From Octopus sinensis (lineage: Eukaryota), in the NCBI RefSeq assembly GCF_006345805.1, contig NW_021834227.1, positions 1-64,000 of the forward strand: a stretch of 64,000 nt of DNA, in the 5' to 3' direction. The notes under the pieces are model-generated. The model saw nothing but the letters and a program-made list of their open reading frames with translations. It was not told the DNA's origin and did no database searches. The position numbers and the translations under genes are program-made. Positions 1 through 12,912 of this stretch are shown piece by piece (position 1 is the first letter of the stretch; every line of letters starts with the position of its first letter).

Positions 1-409
1 TGTGACTGCGCGTACGTGTGTTTGTGTATACGTGCGCGTGTATTTGTATGTTTGCATATTTGTGTTTTAGTACTCATGTTTGTGTGTGTGTATATATGTG
101 TGTTTGTGTGCTTTCATGTATTTGAGTGAGTGTCGGTGTATATTTGTGTGTGGATGTGTGGATGTGGTTGTGTGTGCGTATGTATGTTTGCGTGTATGAT
201 TCTGAGTGTATGGTTATGTGTGTACGTGTGCGTACGCACTCACATGCGAATGTGTATTTGCTTTTAATCTTTTAGTCAGTGGCAAAGACCTGTGCGCATC
301 ACCTTTTAGAAGACCCGTGAATGCAGGTAACAGTGTGGAGCCACTAAAGGTATCCAAGATACCTTTAGTGAAACGGCATGACGAATTAGATCTACCGTCC
401 ATGTGAGGA

Positions 410-410
<1 letters not shown>

Positions 411-456
<46 letters not shown>

Positions 457-479
457 GAAAGAAAGAGAGAGAGAGAGAA

Positions 480-510
<31 letters not shown>

Positions 511-554
511 AAGAAATGAGAGAGAAGAGAGGAGAGAGAGAGAGAGGGAGAGAG

Positions 555-635
<81 letters not shown>

Positions 636-662
636 GAGAGGAGACATTGACGAGGAGAGAGT

Positions 663-693
<31 letters not shown>

Positions 694-700
694 GGAGCTA
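411..700. repeat. (GA)n microsatellite, preceded by degenerate (TG)n at 1-240
   Basis: Direct reading; explains the poly-SL and poly-ER ORFs at 214-725. Confidence 0.98.
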
Positions 701-764
701 GGGGCACATTGTGAATGCATATCATTTCATGTTGCTCCAGTCTTCTTGGCTGAAAATGAATATT

Positions 765-1305
765 AGCTGACGACTGGGAGCTCCCTCTCTGATTCTCTCA
801 ATTTCAGGCTAAACTGTCATATCTTGTAGATGTCATTTTCCTTCATTCTGCTTTCATATGGCACAGTGAATTCAACCAGAATCATTTGTTTTGATGAAAA
901 TGTGGTGAGTATAAATATCTTTTCTCATACCACTTATGTTAATGATGTCTGAGTGATTTTTCATTTTGGAAGGTCTGCTGTGCATCACAAGTCATCTGCC
1001 CCAACCAGTAGACCTTGCTTCCATGATCGAATCGGTACAGCTGTTCTAGACCACAATTTTTAAAACCCTGCTGTGTAGAATACTGTGGGACTTCTGGTGG
1101 CGTCGTCTTCTTTGTCACATCACAAGGGACATGTAAGATCTCTTTAAGCACTTGAATGTGCCTCCATGTGTACCTTGCTTGGGCTAGCGTCACTTTACAT
1201 GAGCTCAGTGTATATTCCATTGTTTCTTTGTCATGGCAGAGTGGAAATGGTGGGTTATCTAATTCCCTCTCACTGCAGAAATCAGAGTTTCCAAACAGTG
1301 ATGTT
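765..1305 (-). mobile_element. Degenerate RLE-type non-LTR retrotransposon 3' fragment (HERO/NeSL-like)
   Basis: Minus strand gives CHDKETMEYTLSSC...RYTWRHIQVL (decayed CCHC knuckle plus RH motif) and, in another frame, SSKQMILVEFTVPYESRMKEN (RLE nuclease E-x-T-V-P motif); frameshifted. Confidence 0.75.
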
Positions 1306-1309
1306 TTCA

Positions 1310-1707
1310 TTCGTTCAGGAGGTCAACAGTCGCCCTGAACGAGGTTGGTTCAGGTGATCATTCCTAAAGCGTGAAAACCACTCGTAAACTTGTGTTTTGC
1401 TCATGGCAGCATCCTTGTAAGCTGTTTGAAGCATGACAACTGTTTCGGCTGCTGTTTTCCCCAGCAGAAAATAGAATTTCAAGGAAGCACGCTGTTCCTT
1501 CGTTTCAGCCATCGCAAAAAATCAACGAACAAGAGAGAACCACTGCAAAGCAAAGACGCGCCACGTGGAAGTACGATACTACCGACGATACCGGTCGGCA
1601 GACTGATGCCTGAGAGGCACATCAAGAGGCTTCTCGCGGCGGAAGCCTGAACTATAAAGGGCTTGTCCCACAGAGAACGTTTCCAGTTACTTTTGGGTAC
1701 TCCCTCC
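1310..1707 (-). mobile_element. mariner transposon 5' fragment (TIR plus N-terminal HTH)
   Basis: ORF 1315-1512 MAETKEQRASLKFYFLLGKTAAET...VYEWFSRF...PRSGR is a mariner HTH; minus-strand end TA|GGAGGGAGTACCCAAAAGTAACTGGAA resembles a mariner TIR. Confidence 0.9.
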
Positions 1708-1816
1708 TATATATTATATATTATATATTATATATATATATATATATAGATATATAGAGTGAGAGAGAGAGAGAAAGAGAGAGGAGAGAGAGAGAGAGAG
1801 AAAGAGAGATAGATAT

Positions 1817-2018
1817 GTTCTTGATTAGCCACACAGGGCTGCACACAGATAGAACAAATTACAAGGTAGAGCTTTTCTTTTGAAGGTATTAAAAAAAAAA
1901 AAAAAAAGGAAGGGGGAGGTTCGATCAAAAGGGATCGTAAAAGGAGAGAAAGAGGACAAAAATAAGGGGGGTTAAAAAAAAAAAAAAAAAGGGGGGGGAG
2001 AGGAAAAAAAAAAAAAGA
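1817..2018 (-). mobile_element. Tx1-like LINE 3' tail fragment flanked by TATC repeats
   Basis: Reverse complement matches the 3' UTR end of the 16221-16974 element (AAAAGCTCTACCTTGTAATTTG...GCAGCCCTGTGTGG). Confidence 0.85.
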
Positions 2019-2019
2019 G

Positions 2020-2056
<37 letters not shown>

Positions 2057-2059
2057 TCA

Positions 2060-2506
2060 TCTTTTATCTTTTACGTATTTCACTCATTAAACTGCGGCTG
2101 TGCTGGAGCAACGCCTTGAAAGATTTATTCGAACAAACCGACTCCAGTATATATCTTTTTCTAAACCTGGTAATTATTGTATCTCTCTCTTTTACCGAAC
2201 CGCTAGATCACAGGGACGTAAAAGACCAACACGGGTTGTCAAGTGGTGGTGGGGACACAAAGGCACACGTCTATGTATGTATGTATGTATGTATGTATGT
2301 ATGTATGTGTGCAGATTTGTATGTTTTGCTTTATTAGTTGCATATCTAGACATGCTCATATATATCTAAAAGATAAACTTCTGGAAAGTTTTACATATTT
2401 TTGCAGTTCCAGCGATGGATTGGATCTGTAGTCTTCGAATTAGCTTCCTCCTTTCTGGTTTGAGAAACCTAATTTATCAAGACTGGTATTTAGGAAATTA
2501 TGTATG

Positions 2507-2540
<34 letters not shown>

Positions 2541-2910
2541 TGTATGTATGTATGTATGTATGTATGTATGTATGTATGTATGTATGTATGTATGCATGCA
2601 TGCATGCATGTATGTATGTATGTATGTATGTATGTATGTATGTATGTATGTATGTATGTGTGTGTGTATGTATGTATGCATGTATGTATGTATGTATGTA
2701 TGTATGTATGTATGTATGTATGTATGTATGTATGTATGTATACATGCATGCATACATGTATGTATGTATGCATGCATGCATGCATGTATAAGAATGACTT
2801 CTTTCAGTTTCCGCTTATAAAATTCACTCACATGGCATTGGTGAGTTCAAGGCTATAGTAGAAGACACTTGCCCAAGGTGGTGTGTTGTGGGTCTGAACC
2901 CGAAAGTATG
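2060..2910 (-). mobile_element. tRNA-derived SINE family A copy with expanded internal (TATG)n
   Basis: Tail part 2060-2270 and head part 2790-2910 match full copies at 12913-13292 and 44267-44660; centre is about 300 bp of (TATG)n plus an insert. Confidence 0.75.
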
Positions 2911-3789
2911 TTATTGGGCAGTAATCACACGCCCGCACTTACACACACGCGCGCGCGTGTATGTATGTATCTGTGTTTGTATGTGTGTGTGAATGTGTGT
3001 GTATGTGTGTGTATGTGTATGTGTGTGTATGTGTATGTGTGTGTGTGTGAGCGCGTATATATATATATACACATACATATATATATCAATCGAAGTGAGC
3101 AGTATTATATATCCATTATGGTCGATCTTATCAATCGGTTTCGCTCTAGATTTTCAACGGGATGTTACGTAACAGCTCCAATTATGTAATCCTGCGCTCT
3201 ACAGAGTTAGCAATTACGGAGGTAAATAGTGGGGAGGTGGATAGAGTTAAACATCCATACCTCTCTACCTCTTTATCCACTTCTTCCTATTTACTTTCAC
3301 TTCTATATATCTCAATACTTATTCTCCACTGCCGATCCATCTTCATTTTTTCATAAACTTCTCATTATTTGACCATGCTCTCATTAAGAAAATAACAAAT
3401 ATAATCAGAGAAATTCCTGCTTTCTCTCAAGGGCTCGCCCTCCTTGGAAATTACTGACGTCCCCAGGTTAAGAACTACTGCGTTAGACTCTTATCTATCC
3501 AAACCGATGAAGGAGACTCTAGATTTTACCAATGCTTATTTACTTCCATTACTTGCTGTAAATTTTTGATGAACTACATCTTCCAACATTATAAAGTAAG
3601 CTCAAGGCCCCAGAAACTGCTATCAGATTTGTAACGCTATACCTTCTCCCCGCTAATTCTTTGAGTCTATGTAATCTGGAGCAAGTTTGCTCTATTAATA
3701 TACATACATACATACATACATATATATATGCATACATACATACATACATACACGTGCGCGCGCACACACACACATATAGAGAGAGGGGG

Positions 3790-3960
3790 AGAATTCACCC
3801 CCCCCCAAAAAAAGACGAAGACAGGTGGTGTAGACAACAAACAGATGTATTAATTTAACGCTCGGGAAGTGAAAAAGTCTTTAAAGTTTCGAGCCTACGC
3901 TCTTTCACAGAAAGGAACACAGAAAGAAACAAGAGAAAATATAGAATGTGTGGTGGCTAG

Positions 3961-3962
<2 letters not shown>
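3790..3962 (-). mobile_element. Short Penelope-like non-coding element (family H) with decayed type I hammerhead at 3879-3914
   Basis: Minus: CTTT CTG-TGA A GAGC gtag GCTC GAAAC TTT AAAG; same layout as 28935-29115; abuts (TA)n. Confidence 0.6.
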
Positions 3963-4008
<46 letters not shown>

Positions 4009-4027
4009 ACATATGTATACATATATA

Positions 4028-5545
4028 GGGAAATGTGTTGTTCAAAATGCACCTAAATTTCAAAAACTCGTAAATGTTTAAAATACATTTATTTATATAC
4101 TAGCAGTATCGCCCGGCGTTGCTCAGGTTTGTAAGGGAAATAACTATAAAGCATTTTTAGAGAGTTATAGCCAAAAAATAGCAAAAAAATGGAAAAAAAT
4201 GATGGTAAATTTTTTTTTAGTTAAAAAAGGTGGAGTTGCGTCCCCTAGACAGTTTGCGGTTTGTGTTTCTGATTCTCGACCCCATGTCGAATTTATCGAT
4301 TTTTTTCAGAACTGGGGGAACTTTTCAAAATTTTCGCTGCGTTAGTTTTGAATTATGACATTGGGCTGTGTGTGTCAAGTTTCATCAGAATCGGTTGAAA
4401 GCCGTGGTCAGGGTGAGGGTACAAGCAAACAGACACACAGAAACACGCACAGACAAACTGCCGTTTATATAGAGAGAGATATACCAAATTAGTTTCAACA
4501 ATAGTTTTTGTTTATCAATAGTCAAAGTTTAAAATTATGAATTAGAAAAATATATTTAACCCAATTCCATTTAAATAAGGAAAACATGCTGATTAAAAAC
4601 TATAAACCATAGCTGAATATCCTTTAGAAAGAAGAAAAAGCAGTAAAAAGAAAAGAAAAAGACTCAATTTCACCACACAAAAAAACAAAAAAACAATCAA
4701 GAACAACAAACAATTTTTTAAAAAACTGTCGTAATAATCTTCTACCCGGGTTCTGAAACCGCAACTCTAAGTCACCACACAAACAGCAGTTGCCGAAGTC
4801 CAATGAAATTTTACAAACACCAGTTGCTGACGTCCAATGAAATTTTACAATTTCCAATGAAATTTACAAACACCAGTTGCTGACGTCACACAACTCCAGA
4901 CCAATCAAAACCGAACTTCAGCAAATACAACGAAATGACCCTTTATGAGAACCAACCAACCGGAACGACTGACGACCGTCTCCACAGGAAAGCCAAGTAG
5001 AATGACAAACTTAGTTGCTTGTCAAAACGTCACCAGTACTTTAACGAATCAAAAATCAAATCAGCTCGCGGAAAAAATTATAAATAGATCTGATCTCGAA
5101 ACATACCTACGGAAAGAGGATCAGAGAAACTGTAAACCAAATTCCGTTTTTTTTAAAAACTATTTTCATTTCTCCCTAATTTTTCTCTTTCTTAACTCAG
5201 TATGACTCGTCGATCACCACTAACATTAATGAATTTTGTACATATTCAAACAAATTGATATACAGTTTTAATATTATTGACTGCTATGAACATTCAAACT
5301 TGCACCTGTCCTAATTCATATGCTAAATTTATCTGTTTTGAACATGTTAATTTGCCAACATTGAAACATTTTAATTTGTCAAGATTGAAAATTTTAAAGA
5401 TGTTTTTCTAATTCATAATTTTAAACTTTTACCATTGATAAACAAAAACTATTGTTGAAACTAGTTTGGTATATATATAAATAAATGTATTTTAAACATT
5501 TACGAATTTTTGAAATTTAGGTGCATTTTCAACAACACATTTCCC
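4028..5545. mobile_element. MITE / non-autonomous DNA transposon, ~145-bp TIRs, TA-flanked, superfamily unassigned
   Basis: GGGAAATGTGTTGTTCAAAATGCACC at 4028 is the near-perfect reverse complement of the end at 5545; the TIR continues at 4480-4550 versus 5405-5480 once the Helitron is removed. Confidence 0.9.
4100..4479 (-). mobile_element. Non-autonomous Helitron
   Basis: Minus strand starts TC(TCTCTCTATATAAA) and ends GCAACGCCGGGCGATACTG-CTAG; inserted between A and T with no TSD; same ends at 40457-41484. Confidence 0.9.
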
Positions 5546-5621
5546 TATATTTTTCCTGCGTGGAAATACCTCACCAATTTTTGTTTTATATATATATATA
5601 TATAATGTATAATATATTATA

Positions 5622-5694
<73 letters not shown>

Positions 5695-5698
<4 letters not shown>

Positions 5699-6821
5699 GA
5701 ACACATAGAGAGACGAAACACATAGACACAAACCAAGGAACAAGACAAGCAAAAGAAAGAGAGATACAGGACAATAAGCACAACGAAAAATCCCCTTCTT
5801 CAGTCGCTAAGGTTTCATCTACTAAACGTTTCGAAGGATAAAAGCGAGACGTATACTTCGAAGAAAACTTCCTTCCCGCGAAAAGCAAATCAATTAAAAT
5901 TCTGAGATCTTTTCGCAGAGGGGTAAAAAAAAAGCAAGACGGTAACGACAGTACAAACATATAAACAGTAAAAAATATATATATAAACAGTGGAAAAATA
6001 AAATATACAGTGAGAGACAGGACAAGGAGAACAAGATAAGAAGGGCTGTTAACGCCAGACGAAAAAAGTATTGCAAACGCTGGATTATCGTGGACGACAA
6101 GAGAGAGAAAATATGTCGACCAGTAGCCTTACAAGGCGGGCGAGAAAAGACAGGATAGCAGTTACGACGGAAGTATCGTCGCAGATGGACGACGGGAATG
6201 GGGGAGGAGGAGCAAGAGGAAGAGAGAGAAGAAGGGGAATGGTGCGAGGAGACCATGAAGAATGGTGAAAGGGAGAGAGAGAGAATGAAGAATGAGAGAG
6301 AGAGGAAGAGACAAGTTAAGTGAGGGAAAAAAAGACGAAAAAGGGAATGGGAGAGAAAGAAAGAAAGATGCAGAGTCGCGTGAGAGTTAATATCAAGGCT
6401 AACTTGATAAACAGAACAATCTTACTTATTAGGGTGCGTGCGTTTAGTCGTATAATATGTTAATAAAATAGAACATATGCATATATATAAACATATATGT
6501 ACGTACCTACCTCTACATGTACATATACACGCATATATGTGTACAGGACACCAAAAAGACGTCGAACACATAGAGAGACGAAACACATAGACACAAACCA
6601 AGGAACAAGACAAGCAAAAAAAAGAGAGATACAGGACAATAAGCACAACGAAAAATCCCCTTCTTCAGTCGCTCTTGGTTTGTGTCTATGTGTTTCGTCT
6701 CTCTATGTGTTCGACGTCTTTTTGGTGTCCTGTACACATATATGCGTGTATATGTACATGTAGAGGTAGGTACGTACATATATGTTTATATATATGCATA
6801 TGTTCTATTTTATTAACATAT
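5695..6821 (-). mobile_element. Non-coding retrozyme/Penelope-like element: partial tandem of an ~865-bp unit with an inverted 5' segment (6674-6821)
   Basis: 5695-5808 is repeated at 6560-6673 (period 865); 6674-6821 is the exact reverse complement of 6455-6602; 3' end runs into (TA)n; no ORF. Confidence 0.75.
5791..5852 (-). ncRNA. Candidate hammerhead ribozyme, non-canonical strand order (copy 1)
   Basis: Minus: AC GUC UCGCU uuua uCCUUC GAAA CGU (17 nt) AGCGA CUGAAGA A GGGG. Stem III ACGU/ACGU, stem I UCGCU/AGCGA, stem II 4 bp with two G-U; predicted cut between 5848 and 5847. Confidence 0.6.
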
Positions 6822-7072
6822 ATATATATATAGTAGAAATTTGTTACAAAAAGAAAATATAAAATACATGTGGAAATGTAAGTGGGAAAATAAGAAAATT
6901 CAACGAAAATGCACATTGTAAATAAAAAAAAGAAAAGGCTTTTTATGAAAGGTAACGGCAGATATATACATTAGATGGACTGAGGTAGTAATAAAAGTCA
7001 TTATTATGAGATGATTAAAAAGTCAGAAAGTAAAGCATACCATGGTTTCGTCATAAGCTATTCATTGCTTTG

Positions 7073-7154
<82 letters not shown>

Positions 7155-7159
7155 TATAT

Positions 7160-7271
7160 AAGTAAAAAGTTTGTTATAGGCATGTATAAGATAATATCTT
7201 ATATAAAACACTACTAGTAGTGTTTTATATAAGATTTTATCTTATGTATGCCTATAACAAACTTTTTACTT
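7160..7271. repeat. 112-bp spacerless palindrome
   Basis: Arms 7160-7215 and 7216-7271 are reverse complements with 3 mismatches; centre CACTACT|AGTAGTG. Confidence 0.95.
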
Positions 7272-7384
7272 GTTATTTTCATATTTTAAATGCTTGCTAT
7301 AGCAAGCTATTAATTTGATATGAAGAATATTTATTAGAAATATATTTTTTTGGACGCCACAAAAAGTTTGAATTGTTCTACTAA

Positions 7385-8301
<917 letters not shown>

Positions 8302-8365
8302 ATATATATATATATTATATGAATATGTATATATATATATATATATATATGCATATATATATATA

Positions 8366-8415
<50 letters not shown>

Positions 8416-8571
8416 ATATATATATATTATATATTATATATAAACGAGAGAAATAAATGGAAAACAAGACAAGCAACATAAAGAACGACCCTTCATCATT
8501 TATCGGCTGTCTAGCTACTCCCTATTTCGAGCATTGAACGATATTTTCAAGTAAGTTTATATATATATATA

Positions 8572-9036
8572 AGAGGAACAGCCACCAAGGTAGATTTCTA
8601 ATATGCGAGAAGAAGACGCCAAATCGCCTTATAACGAAGAATATGTTCTCAAAAATTTTAGCAAACGCCAGAATGTATGCGAGCAAAACAAATGAGAGGA
8701 GACTCCATACCTTAAGATTTCGCTATCAACGATCACTAACATGATCATCCGTAGCTCTTCGATGAAGTCGTTGCCGGACACAAAACGTTTTGTATCTAGT
8801 TCCGCAGATTATGTGTCCTGCAATGACTTCACTGAAGAGCTATAGATGATCACGTTAGTGATCGTTGATAGCGAAATCTTAAGATATGGAGTTAATTGCT
8901 CTATTTTGTCTCCTCTCATTTGTCTTGCTCGCATACATTCTGGCATTTGGTAAAATTTTTGAGAACATATTCGTGGTAAGGCGATTCGGCGTCTTCTTCT
9001 AGCATATTAGGAATCCACCTTGGTGGCTATTCCTCT
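8572..9036. mobile_element. Foldback element / MITE with ~200-bp TIRs and 55-bp spacer
   Basis: 8572-8769 is the reverse complement of 8825-9036 (one insertion in the right arm); TA on both flanks. Confidence 0.9.
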
Positions 9037-9171
9037 TATTTATATATGTAATATAATTCATAATCCTCGGGCATTTTTTAAGTATGCTAGCCACTAGTTT
9101 AAATTAATCTTAATTAATAATATTAATTTCTACCCTCAATTATTTAACTATATATATTTAACTATATATAT

Positions 9172-9960
9172 ATCCGAGCATTGGGTTCATCAGTTTCCAT
9201 CCAGTCTCCTTGGCTGATGTTTGTGCCGAAAGTGACTTTGGAGTCCAAATCCGCGGTGAAAGAGTCGTAGGCAGAACTCGCACGGGATGGTCGGTGCAGG
9301 TCGAGGATATTCAAGACGCTTCTTTCTTCTCCTGCGATTTGCCTCCTCATTCTGTTATCTGTTCTACCCGAAGTAGCTGGCTCCATTGCGGAGTGTAGTC
9401 CTCCGGGCTGTCCTATCCATGGCAATCTGTTCCAATGAGGATGGCTGGATGTTAGCTTAAGTCAAGGTCCATTTGAGCTGGTCTTTAAAACGGAATTTTG
9501 AACCTCCTCTGGGTCTTGTTTCGATTGCAAGTTCTCCGTAGAGCATGATCCTTGGGAGGGTTCTATATGCTGGAGGTGACTTGCCCAGCGGAGACGATGG
9601 CGATGAATGGTGGATTCGACACTTGGTAGTGAGGCGCGGTGAAGAACTTCGTTGTTGGTAACGTGATCTTTTCATTGTGTGTTGAGGATCTGTCGTAGCT
9701 TCAATAGCTGGAAGCATTCAAGGCGCTTGAAGTCACGGCGGTACAACGTCCAAGTCTCACAAGCGTAGAGTAGAGTTGACAGGACAATGGCACGGAAGAT
9801 CATGATCTTTGTCCGAATGGCCAGCACGTGATTGAAGAATACACGTTGGTTGAATCTGCTAACGGCGGAATGGACCGCCCCAATCCGGTTCTCCACGTCC
9901 TTTTCGTGGGGGTCTTCGAAAGGATACTTCGAAGGTATGTGGAGTGTTCAACTTCTTCTA
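9172..9960 (-). mobile_element. RTE-clade LINE 3' fragment
   Basis: RTKIMIFRAIVLSTLLYACETWTLYRR and LPRIMLYGELAIETRPRGGSKFRFKDQLK are RTE ORF C-terminal signatures; (TA)n tail. Confidence 0.9.
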
Positions 9961-10254
9961 TATATATATATAAACAATTCCAGCGTAGAAGGTGTTTATA
10001 AGCCATGTCACGAAAAAGTACAAAAAACTGTCAGTTGGAGGAGGGAGAGATTGTTGGCGGTTGGCGAGAGAGGTTTTCGGAGGTTAAAGAGAAAGATTGT
10101 CGGCAGTTGGTAAGAGAAGTTATATAAATATATGAATGAAGTGTTTGAAGAAAGTGCAATAATAATGTTTAGCAGTTCAAAACTGAGTAGTGAAATGCAG
10201 AGTTAGGTCGGCTGATCGTGAGAATCAAATGAGATAGCTTCGCTAGAAATTGCA

Positions 10255-10760
10255 GGTGGTATGGGTCATTTCCCTTGGGTTGTTTAAATAAAATATTAGC
10301 AATATGTAGTAGATAGAAGGATTCATTGGAAGAGCTATTATCGATTTTTTTTCAACAATCTAAGTATATCACGAGGTTTCCAGACATGAGTTCTGCTCAC
10401 GTGTCAAATAAAGTGATATTATCTGCAAAAATTAGAAATTGGACACGCAAAAAAATCAATATTCAAAGTAATCGAACATAAACGATGAAATAGATTATTT
10501 CCCTTGAGTGTTTAAAAAATAGTGCAAATGCTATGGGTTATTTCCCTTGGGTGTTTAAAAAAATAGTTATATGGGGTAGATATAAAGGTCCCTTCCAGGG
10601 GCTGTATTATAGATTTTTTCAACAATTTAAGTATGTCACGAGGTTTCCAGACATGAGATCTACTCACGTGTCAAGTTTCATCAAAATCAATAAAACGATG
10701 TGGGAGGAGTTTACTAACAACGCCACAAACAAATACCCACCGATTTTCCACACATGTAGT
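10255..10760 (-). mobile_element. Helitron-like non-autonomous fragment with internal direct duplication
   Basis: About 10255-10410 is repeated at 10530-10680; the minus-strand start CTACTACAT...GTTTGT...GATTTTGATGAAACTTGACAC resembles the other Helitron 5' ends here; no 3' CTAG end found. Confidence 0.4.
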
Positions 10761-11559
10761 AGGTACACCCGCCCACACACACATATATACATACATATAC
10801 ATACAGATGTGTGTGTGTATGTGTGCGCACGCGCGTTTGTGAGTGTATACACAGACTGATACATATACGTACACACACGTAACTGTAAAAGAATGCGTTG
10901 AATGACTCACACACATAATCACACATAATATTACAGAACGAACTGATTTTAGTGACTCACAACCACACACTGACAGTTAAAAAGACAAAGAATATCTTGT
11001 ACTAAACGTGATTTCGGAATTAAATTTTCACTTCTTGATCGATAAAAGATATCTTCTATGCCAAATACCCACATATTTGCTTTACATTTCAAAGAACTCC
11101 CTGAGAAGTTATTGAGTTTTAATAATAAGGGTAATCTTAGCCAAGCGAAGGCTTTCAATATGCAAAACTATCTGTATATGTGTATTTACACAGATGCATA
11201 CATACAATACAATACATACATACACACACGCGCACATACAAACATATATATATAAGTCTGTCTTTATGTATGTATGTATGTATGTATGTATGTATGTATG
11301 TATGTATGTATTATGTATGTATGTATGTATGTATGTATCTATCTATCTAAACACATATACATGCATATATACAGATACAAATGCATGTTTTCGTACGTTC
11401 ATACTTACGTATATACATACGTACACACACACACACAATTACGTGCTGGGTCTGGAGAAAGGTGCAGTACCAATGATCCTCGCGGGATTCCTTAAATTGG
11501 TGAGTTTGTGTACCATTAAAGTTACTCTCGTGCCTTTATAAGTTAACAGCTGGGAGAAA

Positions 11560-12040
11560 AAAAAAACATGATGAGAAAGGGAATTTCAGAGGAGGAAGGA
11601 CTGGGTGTAGTGATTAGAGCGGAGGATGGGTTGGGGTTGGACACAACAAGGGTGCTGAAAGGTAAGTCGAGTGGGTCAGGAATACATTAGTGGTTGTGGC
11701 ATGAGCCAACTGGCTCTGAGGGCTAGAGAACGTTATAGGCAGCGGTCGGATGACTTAATCGGTGCAAAATAGTTGTAGTTTGATATAAATTAGGTATGAA
11801 GGTGAGAAAGAGACCAGACGTACTTGGGACGTACCAGACTAAGAGTCGATCACGGGCATTTAGTTGAGTAATCTAAGCGTCGATCTGGATACGTGTACAA
11901 GATTCCGTTTCAGTACCAGCGATATCGGTGTGGGAAGTGTGAGAGATCCACGAAGAGTTGTGGATTTTGAAGTCCTCCAGCACGATAACTTTGGAAGGGT
12001 GAAGTGAGATATGTTCTCAATTCAAGAGATTTTGACAGAA
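11560..12040 (-). mobile_element. Decayed LINE apurinic-endonuclease fragment (CR1/L2/Jockey-like)
   Basis: Minus translation VIVLEDFKIHNSSW...TD...GLFLTFIP resembles the APE GDFN...LDLFLT motifs. Confidence 0.6.
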
Positions 12041-12117
<77 letters not shown>

Positions 12118-12247
12118 AGCAAGCCGAAACTTTCAAGTCACTGACACACTTCTTGTAAGGATCTATAAATATGTACTCATGTACTCTACTAAAATGTATT
12201 GAGTAATCTTTCAGTTTAATATTTTTGTATATAATTTGACAAAAACT

Positions 12248-12314
<67 letters not shown>

Positions 12315-12912
12315 ATAAATACATATTTATATACATATTTATATATATTGAAAGTGTGAGAGTGAGAAAGAAAGAGAGACGTACATACATATCTGTGTGT
12401 GTGTGTGTGTGTGTGTGTAGGCGGGTCGGCGAATGTGTAGTTTCGTTTTCATGTGTGAAAGCAAAATTTATGGGAAAACCCCGCTCAGATATGCTTGTGT
12501 GCTGAATACATCCGTGTCCTTGTGCAATGTAATGTAATGTAATACAATAAGTAAATATACGTAAGTGTAATGCAAAGTGAAAGAGTGAGAAATAGATTTT
12601 GTTCTGATGCAATATTCTAAATGTATTGCATCATGTGTGTTGCAATTTGTTGTTGTGGAGAAGTTATTGCTTCCTCGAAGACAGAAAAACAACTGCTTCG
12701 AGGAAGTTATTGCTTCCTCGAAGACATTAACAACTGTGTCGACGACGACAACTGTAATAAAAACTACTGCAACAATAACGACAACAATAATAACAAAAAC
12801 AACTAGAACAAAAACTGCAGTACGGTATTCTCAATATTTAAAACGAAGTTTATTGTCCCCACTCATTTGGATCTCATTTTAAATCTTTATACAGATTTAA
12901 TCTTTTTACTCT

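Noticed and set aside
8757-8795. Hammerhead-like TCGATGAAGTC...GACACAAAACGTT at the foldback centre
   Set aside because: Core spacing is wrong and the opposite arm reads TCAGTGAAGTC; likely chance.
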